Below are positions 36,061 to 45,496 of a stretch of DNA of 64,000 nt, one piece after another (the first letter of the stretch is position 1; every line of letters begins with the position of its first letter). Source of the stretch: Octopus bimaculoides (Eukaryota); assembly GCF_001194135.2 (NCBI RefSeq), contig NC_068998.1:29364268-29428267 (forward strand), in the 5' to 3' direction. The notes under the pieces were generated by a model. That model saw only the letters and a list, made by a program, of their open reading frames with translations, was not told the DNA's origin and made no database searches. The position numbers and the translations under genes were made by a program.

Positions 36061-36989
36061 TATATATATATGTATAGTTTACAGTTTTATTAAGGTAAGA
36101 TCAACAAAAACAGTACTCCATCCAGTATAAAGAGATAAATATCTTTTAATGTATTCAGTATAAAGATACAACATAATAATAGTTTCTTGCTGTGAAGACA
36201 CATGTCTAGGTAGGTTTTTTATTATATGCCCTTTGTCTCCAACCTTTTATCAGGCTCTGAGCACATGGTCTGTTCTATTTGAAAATCAGGATGCTGGTAA
36301 AGAAATTACAAGAAAAAAAAACTATAAGAAGGTTGTTGCAAAAAAGTGGATAGATGAATAAAAAACAGAAAAGGAAAGGAAAGAAAGAAAATTAGAGTTA
36401 CGTCCCCTTTGACTGTAGAAACTGTAATTAAACTAGCTGCAGAAAATACTTCAACAGAGAGGGGTCCAAAGTCTGTGAGACAGCTGCTAATTTCAGAAAG
36501 GGTTGTTTCCTCCAGTTCATCAAAATAAATTTGTTCATAATCTTGCATTTGCTGAAACTTTTGGATCTGGAATTAAGTAGTGCAGTAAAATTCTTAGAGC
36601 TAAAAAGAATATGCAATCTTTCAGTTATGCATAAGATGCATTTTTAGATTCATTTGCATATGGCATGGATTTCTCTATGATTCTCCATTTGATTGTTTGC
36701 CGTGGTCTTCAAGCCCCATACATGGCTAGCCAGCTTAGTGGCTTCAATTTTTGTCGATGTACTGGAAAGAAGATTGGTGGTTTGCATAACATCTTGCAGC
36801 ATCATGATTTTCAAATAGATTAGACCATGTGCTCTGTGCCAAAAGATTGTTTGGAGACACAGGGTGTGTTATAAAAGACCTGCTTAGACAAGTCTTCATA
36901 GCAAGGAACCCTTAGTAGCTTGTATCTTTATACTGTGTACATTAAATAATGTATATGTGTGTGTGTATATATATGAATAGTATTTATTA

Positions 36990-37135
36990 GCACAATATAG
37001 TTGAATGGTTAAGAAGTTCATTTTGCAACCGTGGGGTCCTGGGTTTGATCTTGAGCAATTATCTTTTAATGTCCATGACCAACTGATCCTGGTGAGTGAA
37101 ATTAGGTAGGCGGAGATGTACAGAGGCTCACTGGG
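36990..37135 (+). mobile_element. Degenerate SINE 5' half
   Basis: TGGTTAAGAAGTTCATTTTGCAACC...CCTGGGTTTGATC and GTGAGTGAAATTAGGTAG resemble the SINE head. Confidence 0.55.
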
Positions 37136-37288
37136 TGGATTGTACCTTCAAAAAAATTCAAGAGGTCCAGCTTTTACACTGATTCTACCTGGAGGTAGAA
37201 ATGTCTGTGGAATACCTAACATGAATTGAAGAGTAGGTAAATCAGTTGAACAACCAAAGCCTCATTGTTGAATGTGTAGGGAAGTGGT

Positions 37289-37670
37289 TATACACCATTA
37301 GGTGTACACCGCTTCCGTACATTAAATTTCTAGAAGAAACAACGGAACACAGATTCTGAACAACATAACAATATTTATTTACAGTGGAATTCAGTTCACG
37401 CTTGGAGGGAATTTGGTAGCTCATCGCCCTCGGTTACTGAGACGCCTCCTGAATGATTTCCGTGGTTATTTGTGAAGCTCTGGTGCTGACATGTGAGAGA
37501 GCTCTGTTGGACGTCTTGGCTCGACGGAGATCAGTCAACGAAGAGACTGAGAAAAGGCGCCAAAGCTGGGTGTCGAACTCTACGCATGCGCATGAGACTC
37601 TTTCTGTATTCCTTCCGGAACTAGTCCCTGCGCATGCGTGGATAAAACTCCAGACATTGAACATATAACA
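37289..37670 (-). mobile_element. Solo LTR-like element
   Basis: Minus strand begins TGTTAT; 5-bp TSD GTGGT/GTTGT (4/5); removing it restores the PLE frame LIADNHFP; AATAAA plus GT-rich tract, as in the 17529 element. Confidence 0.7.
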
Positions 37671-39339
37671 GTTGTCTGCTATAAGATGTCACTACAAATG
37701 ATTTGTAAATGATAGATTTATTAAAAAAAAAAAAGTTACCAGACAACAATGTAAAAAATGAGTTTCCTGATGCTCTGTCAATGATCAGTCCAAAAATGAA
37801 TGCAAACTTTTATCTTCTACATCTCCAGTATTCCCTTCCTATGATAGTTCAGGTAGGATTACAACTTCGTCATCATTAACCCACACTACAAGACACACTA
37901 TTGAATCTCATACAGGTTTGACATAAGGCTGTGATTTAATAAGTCTGCTTTTCCTTCCAGATGAAATATTTTCTCTTGATTGATATCTTACTTTCATTGA
38001 AGAGAATTCAGAATCTACTTGGATGGGATACTAAGTATAATCAGACAAACAAAATTGGATACAATGTGTCATATTGATCACACATATAGTTGTCATCCAC
38101 AAAGAATTTCTTATATAAATGGTGAGCAGTAGATAAGAACATATCATGTTGACTTCATAGAAATCGCTATCGTACAAGCTCCCATACCTACATGACAATT
38201 TCTTGCAAGCCACATACTTTTTCCCACCTCAGACACTGTTCTGTTGGCTGTATTTTACTGAGTGAACCTGGTGTTTTTTTCTGATTAACTCTGTTTCTTC
38301 TCAGCCATTATTGTGTTAGTTATTAGTACTAATTTAGTGAAATGGCCTGAAATTCAGCAACCATCATTGAACATCTCTCTTGGTGAACATGCATCCTCAC
38401 TGAAGACTGCATCTCAAAAACTGGCTACAAAATATGTAACCCTCTAACTACAAAACTCAGTTGAAACCTACTACAGAGGACTGCTCCCACATCAGAGATG
38501 GTACTGCTGTTACTCACACACAGACAACCTAAGCTGCATTCACAGAAAAGTCAGTAAACTGATTTGTATGGAGTTGTTTACAAAAAATACTCCAACTTCT
38601 GGCCTGCAGGTGTGTTGTTTACTCTTTTTCCTTTTTCTACTGCTACTACAGTGGTTTCTGCTTCTGGGAGCTGGTTGGCTTGTGTGATTCAGGCACTTCT
38701 GATTCATTTCTCTTCATATCACCCATGTTATGTCTACTCCACCATGTCCTGCTCTAACCATTATTTTCAGTTCTTCCTCTCTACCCAGTGAAATTCTCTC
38801 CTGGGATGTTTTTTCTTGTTGCTGTTACCTTACAACTGTTCAAGAGGAACATTAAAGGCATCAATTTCACCAGTCCCTGGGTCCTGTGAAATCCATAGCC
38901 ATTGCTACTTCTTCTCGACCAAATTAATAAAAAAAACAAACAAAAACAAAAAAAACATTCTGTACTGCAAGTCTGATATCTATACATTAAACTACCACAA
39001 CTTTATCTTTCTTTACCTCTGCTTTTTGTTTCTTACTTCACTAAGTACTTTTGCTGAATTTGGTCCGAGTATTTCCACACTATTACAGTCCTTTGCTTAA
39101 ATATGTAAAAATACAGTAAACTGACAATACTCTGTCTATGTATAACATCCCAATCTTATCTGTTTTCCTGATTTGGGCTTTTGCTGCAATGTTAAGCTTC
39201 ATTATAACAAGTTTTTTTTTTCCACTTAGGTGGTGTAAAATGAGGTATTGGTACATGTATGTGTGTATTTGTGTATGCATATATGCATTAGTAGTAGTGA
39301 CATCATAAAATAAAGTAGTAATTTAATCAACTTAAACTA

Positions 39340-39780
39340 GCTCTATAAACCACCTGGCTTCCCAACCCCTTGGTTTTGGGTTCAGCCCCATTGCTGCACC
39401 TTGGAAAAGTCTCTTGTGAGTGGATTTGGTAGATAGAAACAGAAAGAAACCCATTATATATATATGTTTGTGTCTCCTTGTTTCTACATTGTGTATTAGA
39501 TACAAGCAGGCTTGTCTCTTTTCTAGGCTCTTCTCTCATTACCATGCAGCATCACAATTCTAACATAAGCATCATACAATCTACTCTACTCTGAAGAAAA
39601 AAAATCCTTTGTTGCCAACAGATGTTGGAAAGGAAAGAAGTACTAACAAAACTAGATCAGTACATCAACCCTAGATCAATCAGCCCTAACCATAACGCAT
39701 TAAGGTACATTATCCACAATGTGGTGCTCTAGCATGGCCATAGCCTTAGGGCTGAAACAAATAAAAGAACGCGAAGGTAT
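39340..39780. mobile_element. Two SINE fragments (head region minus at ~39340-39470; tail plus at ~39630-39775)
   Basis: GTGAGTGGATTTGGTAGATAGAAACAGAAAGAAAC; GTGCTCTAGCATGGCCATAGCC...GCTGAAACAAATAAAAG. Confidence 0.65.
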
Positions 39781-40211
39781 AACAAGCAATTTTCTCAGAC
39801 CATTGAACTAACATTCATCATCATCAACCGTTATCTGTTTTGAAGCAGGGTAATATTTCCTCATGGCCAGACATGTTTTCACAGAATATTGGAAATGAAT
39901 GACAGGCATTCAGCTACAAAAACTCAAACCAAACAGTGGCTTGAAACATTTCCAGATTTGACATAGGATGTTTATGTTATGAGAGCTAAAATTTTACCGA
40001 CTTGGCTGTGATAAAGACATGGTTCTGTTGTTTTTGTTATACTGGTTTAAATTCCAAATGCCAATATACAATGTGCTTTTTGAAACAACTGTGCTTGAAA
40101 AAACTGATATTGTTTGAAATGCTTGATAAATATTGTTTATAATTATAGAATAGTCATCATTGATCAATTGTTAGAATAAGAAAATATAGTGCCCATTTCT
40201 ATATAAACCAG

Positions 40212-42534
40212 TGTTGTAGTGAAAGTACATCTACTGACAAGAATAGACAGGACCACTACTTATAAATAGTAGCGGTCTGACATAGTTTTGGTTTTTGAAG
40301 TCCAGGTACAGTTCGAGTTAGTGTGTTGGAAATAGTGATTGTTGGTTTGTTATATTACTGCTGCTGTTTCTATTTTGTATTGTTATACTCATAAAAATAA
40401 ATGGTGTAAACATCAAACTACAATTGGATATGGGTAGTGATATTTCGATCATAAATGCAGATACATGAAGAAAAATTGGGAAACTGAGGTTATGTAAAGC
40501 AGTGAAAATTGCACATGGTGTGACAGGAACATGTATAGACATCACATTTCAAGGAGAAACATGCGAAGCAAAAATATTCATTGTGGAGAATGCACTCAAT
40601 CTGTTTGGTACAGATTGGTTGGAGTTATTTGACTTATGGCACCTCCCCATTAGGCTCTACTGCAAAAACATAAATGGTTGTCCTGTTAAAAATAAATCAT
40701 CTGAGGAATTGAAGAGAAAATTGAAAAAGATGTTTCCTTAAGTATTATTGGAGGACTTAGGTCTATGTAAAAAGACTGAAGCCTGCTTTCAAGTAAGTGA
40801 AAATGCTGTGCCTTTATTTAAATCTAACAGAAAAGTACTGTTCATGGCAATTGAAATTGTACATGAAGAGTTGAACAGACTGGAAAAGAATGGAGCCATC
40901 AAAAAGGTGGATTACTCTAAGTGGGCGGCGCCCATGGTGTACTTATAAAGAAAAATAATAAGGTTAGGCTGTGTGTCGATTTCTCTACAGGATTTGAATG
41001 ACTGCTTAAAGACATGCCACCATCCACCCCCGACTCCAGAAGACATTTTCACAAAATTAAATGGTGGAAAAATTCTCTCCAAGTTGGATCTGTTTGATGC
41101 TTATTTACAGATTAAAGTAAATGACAAATACTCAAAGTATCTGACAATAAATACACATAGTGTATTGTACAGATATACCTGATTACCTTTTTAGATTAAA
41201 GGTTGCACCAGCAATATTTCAGCAAATCATGGACACTATGCTTTATGATTGTGAATTTGCAATCCCTTAGTTGGATTGATATGTTGATTAAGAGTAATTC
41301 GTGCAAACAGCATGTGGAACATATAAAAGCTGTTTTCAAGAAAATTAAAGAATACAGGTTCACTTTGAGTGAAGAACAACACAAATTCTTTTTGTCTCAA
41401 ATTAAGTACTGAGGGCAAATAATTGATAAAAATGGTAGATGGCCTGACCTTTTGAGGGCAGATGCAATAAAGAATTTGCCTGCTCCGACAAATATACCAA
41501 CATTACAAGCGTTTCTTGGGCTGGCAAACTACTACCAAAACTACATTCCTAACATGCACAAATGAAGAGCTCCATTGAATGACTTGTTAAAAAAGGAAGT
41601 AAAGTGGAATTGGTTGGTTAAATGCCAAAATACGTTTAACCAAATAAAAAAATTTTAATTGCGGATTTGTCTCTAGCATATTTCAATCCTGCTATGGATA
41701 TTGTTGTAGTGTCTGATGCTTCAGAGTACGGAATAGCTGTTTTGCTACACAAGTGTAAAGATGGAAGTATGAAATCGATGATTCATATTTTGCACTTGCT
41801 GATAGTGGCGGAAAAAAATACAATCAGATCGCTCTTGGGCACTACTGGTAAGATGTAACCCAGTGCAACCTGTTACGTGCACCGGAACATCGAGAAATTG
41901 GTAAAACTTGGTAGAGGTTGTGCACTCAACAGCCAAAGTACCACCAGTAAAATACCTATCATGTTCCATGAAAAGGCCGATATTGTGTAAAAATTCAAAT
42001 TCCAGGCTGATACTGTGTGGAAAGGCCAATATTGTGTAAAATTTCAAACTCCAGACTGAACACCTTGAGATAAGGTCCAAGCAAAAAGGATACTAAAACA
42101 TAATAATAAAAAATACAATTTCTTTATTCCTTTGGGACTCGAAATCGCACAAGGAGTGATGTTGTGGTGAGAGTACAACACCCCATGACGAGAATTGATG
42201 GGACCACTACATATAAATTGTAGCGGTCTGACATAGTTGGCAGTTAGTAGTTTGGTCTTCGAAGTCCAGGTACAGTTCGAGTTTGTGTGTTGGAAATATT
42301 GATTGTTGGTTCATTACTGCTGCTGTTTCTATTTTGTGTTCTTATAATGCTGTTAGAGTGTATTCTTTATTGGCGACAATATCAACCGTACTATGCTATT
42401 GGAGGTGTAAGGATATCACAGCCAGAAAATACAGAATCTGTAAAGTTGCTTGTGAAAATAGTTGCTTAACAAGTTTGAATAAAGCATTCACATTCTATCT
42501 TGTCTTCTCATCAATCAAAATCATCTGCTCCACA
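40212..42534 (+). mobile_element. Internally deleted Ty3/Gypsy LTR retrotransposon
   Basis: Homologous LTRs start TGTTGT(A/G)GTGA(A/G)AGTACA at 40212 (truncated ~40390) and 42160 (to ~42534), with purine-rich AAGGAGTGA before the 3' LTR. Pol remnants: NLFGTDWLELFDLW, KWAAPMV, PTPEDIFTKLNGGKILSKLDLFDAYLQI, RNase H LAYFNP...SDASEYGI. Confidence 0.92.
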
Positions 42535-42539
42535 AATAT

Positions 42540-42930
42540 TTGTTTACTTGTCTATGATGATGGAGCAAGGGACCCTGTCAAAAGCTTTCTCCGTGTCAAC
42601 AAAAGCCAAGTACAAAGGTTTATTCTTGACTAAATGCTTTTCCTGTAGTTGCTTTATCAGGAAGAAAACATCAGTAGAGCTTTCCCTGGCACAAAACTGA
42701 ACCACATCTCATCCAGGCTAATTCTCTTCCTAATTAGTTGAGTTGTCAATCTCTCTAACTTTCATGACCTGGTCCAGCAATTTAGTAGTTCTGTAATTAT
42801 TTCTAAGGCATCACCTTTTCCTATGTAGCACCTACACCAGTTGTTGGATATGACTTGCGGACAACCTGATTAACTATACAGATGACTAGGTCATATCCCA
42901 CTCAGCCAGATATTTTAAGCTTTCCCTATC
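42540..42930 (-). mobile_element. RTE RT fragment
   Basis: Minus strand gives NKPLYLAFVDTEKAFDRVPCSII; parallels 61380-61460. Confidence 0.75.
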
Positions 42931-43494
42931 TTCAAAACACAAATTAGATACTATTTTTAAAATTATGGTGTAATCAACTTCTGAAATTTTAAATGCTTTA
43001 CCTAAATACTTTATATCATCACTCCTAAACTAACAATAAATTGCATGTTCTTTCTATTTACCAGTTATTTCCTGCTTGATAAAATAATTAATAGTGATAT
43101 TTAACAGATGACTAAATTTACTATATTTCTCTCTTTCCCTACAAAGAGTAACCTTTCACCAAATTAAATCATTTTGAGTCATGTATCAAGGTGAGCAAAA
43201 TACTTTTAAAATTTATACATTACATGAATTCAGATTTAGTTAATGTCTTATTAAAGTATCTGGAAGTTACATTGAAATAACAAATGCAGTATTGATTTTA
43301 AAAATCTGGAAAAAGAAGCTTCACCTTTAAGATGAGGTGGAGGTGAAGGGGTTGCACTTCTGCTATTGGACACTGAGACTGAAGGAGCATTAATGTCGGA
43401 AAATCCACAATCTACTGTTGGAATAAAAGTAATATTTGCATGTCCTGATTTTTTTAATATTAATTTAGCCTAAGGAGATACTAAATCTAAACAA

Positions 43495-43845
43495 GGAGTG
43501 GCTGTGTGGTGAGTAGCTTGCTTACCAACCACATGGTTCTGGGTTCAGTCCCACTGCGTGACACCTTGGGCAAGTGTCTTCTACTATAGCCTCGGGCCGA
43601 CCATTGCCTTGTGAGTGGATTTGGTAGACGGAAACTGAAAGAAGCCCGTCGTATATATGTATATATATGTATGTATGTGTGTGTATATGTCTGTGTTTGT
43701 CCCCCCAACATCGCTTGACAACCGATGCTGGTGTGTTTACGTCCCTGTAACTTAGCGGTTCGGCAAAAGAGACCGATAGAATAAGTACTAAGCTTCCAAA
43801 GAGTAAGTCCTGGGGTCGATTTGCTCGACTAAAGTGTAAAAGAGA
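43495..43845 (+). mobile_element. Full-length tRNA-derived octopod SINE (OR/OK-type; exact family not determined)
   Basis: A-box-like TGGCTGTGTGG and B-box-like GGTTCAGTCCC head, internal (TA/TG)n tract, conserved body; at least eight related copies in this window. Confidence 0.95.
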
Positions 43846-44656
43846 GTAAGTGTATGTCACATAAACTCAGAGAAAATAAGGAAGGTTTCTTTTTTTTGCA
43901 TTTAATTGAACATTTCTGCCTTGTAATGAAAGTGTAGTAGTTTTGATGGAAGTAGATTCTGTATTACAACTAATACAATCTTTTGTTATCATTCATACAT
44001 TTAAAACAACCAACTGGCAAACGCTTTCTATTAAGAGTTTTGCAGTGCAGCTGTGTCTAATCATGCTACTGTCATTGACCAAAACAATTTAAACATTTAC
44101 ATAAAACAATATCTTATGAGTTCAGACTTAGATATGCTTTTGCTTACGTGTAAAAGACATTCTCTGCTTAGTCTGGATTGATGAAGTTACTTGAATGTCT
44201 ATTTAGCAGACTGAACTCATTGTAACAGCTTCAGAATAATCACTATGATGCCCAAATGAAATAAGTCCCTTCATCCAGAAATTGGCAGCATTTGTTGTTT
44301 CCACTTTGAGTATATTTAATTCCACATACCTGTTAAATAACTTCAAGGGAGGTCGTTTGGGTATTTGGTAAAGTTTGTTATGAAGCAGTGATGTTTTTCC
44401 TATTAGGTCTGATCATGTTAATAAGAATACTAGTTGGATGACCAGTTCATCATCATTGCCATTCATGCATTTATCACCAACAATATTTTGATTTCATCTT
44501 GCATTTTATGAACCAACATTTTTTTCAGTCATTCTACCAGAAAGTGCTGAATTTCATTTTCTGATCCTGCTTTTTTTCTGTTGCTTTCACAGCAGATGGA
44601 GTTCTTTTACTTCCAGCCTTTGGATGTCAGCTTGTGATTGTAGAGATTGTCTAGAC

Positions 44657-44979
44657 CAGTGGTTTTCAACGGGGGTTCATAAAAGACTCTTGGGGGTCCA
44701 CACAACAAAATAGTAAATTGGCAATCCACAATAGTATTTTAAGAGTCCCTGAAAAAATGTAATTTTGTATGTATTGGTATGTATTGCAAGAAACAGCTAG
44801 ATTTCTTTCTGTAGCATTTTGCATAGTTCAACCTACACAAGTTAATGTGTGATGAACTAAATAGGAATTTTGTAAAAGTTTCTATAAACTAGCTTTTAAA
44901 CATTGAATGGCTATGGGGGTCCACCAGAATAAAATAGTAATCAAAGGTGTCTAGGTTAAAAAATAGTTGAGAACCCCTT
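44657..44979. mobile_element. Non-autonomous hAT (Charlie-type) MITE
   Basis: TIRs CAGTGGTTTTCAAC and GTTGAGAACCCCTT; perfect 8-bp TSD GTCTAGAC at 44649-44656 and 44980-44987, fitting the Charlie NTCTAGAN target. Confidence 0.9.
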
Positions 44980-45283
44980 GTCTAGACAGTAAAGCTTTTA
45001 GCTTGTCTTTTGTGGTTCCGAGTATGAAATTATAAAATAAAATAAGTACTTATTCATTTCAATTCAACAAAAACCCCTCCTAGAAATTGCCTTAGTGTCT
45101 AAGAAAATGAGTTAAGACTTGAAAGCTTAAACATTTCAGTTTTTCATTTTTATTTACTGATAATGTCTGTTATAGTTAAATGAAATCTTGACATAGAACT
45201 TTTTAGTTCAATTATGCATGTAGTTGTTTAATCAGATGTACATGTATTTTTATATGCATATATTGTTTATTTAAAAAAATTCT

Positions 45284-45301
45284 TTTTTTTTTCTCTTACA
45301 G
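45284..45301 (+). promoter_or_regulatory. Strong 3' splice acceptor upstream of the zinc-finger ORF
   Basis: TTTTTTTTTCTCTTACAG|TG; implies that upstream (probably non-coding) exons exist. Confidence 0.7.
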
Positions 45302-45496
45302 TGTTTTATCTTGTGGCTTGAAGATGGTGAGCAACAGTGAAAAGTACCTGTTATAGAAACATTCACATCAACACATCCATTTCCACATTCACACACACAC
45401 ACACACACTCTTCTTACCATAACTGCTTGATCTACTTTTACATTCCTATTCCTTTGCTTTGAGGAACGTCTTTGCACATTTAGTGCAACAAGAATC

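Larger units (their letters stand above)
36430..38330 (-). mobile_element. Degenerate Penelope-like element (RT to GIY-YIG), interrupted by a solo LTR and a SINE head
   Basis: VGMG..DS (motif B) at ~38180, FFVDD at ~38095, LIADNHFP restored across the LTR, RCYANHQSSF, TKLASHVWGLK, KWRIIEKSMPY, CILCITERLHI, LLNSRSK..SKCK.MNKFIL. Confidence 0.75.

Noticed and set aside
36390-36570. Apparent minus-strand exon IQKFQQMQDYEQIYFDELEETTLSEISS
   Set aside because: An alternative frame of the PLE GIY-YIG C-terminus (LLNSRS..KC..NKFIL); explained by the transposon.
36560-36660. Selenocysteine recoding as reported for some Naiad-type PLEs
   Set aside because: The visible conserved cysteines are TGC, not TGA, and no SECIS was recognised.
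44140-44400. Candidate minus-strand exons (GKTSLLHNKLYQIPKRPPLKLFN and others)
   Set aside because: Phases could not be joined consistently to each other or to 43325-43414, and stops occur in all longer versions.
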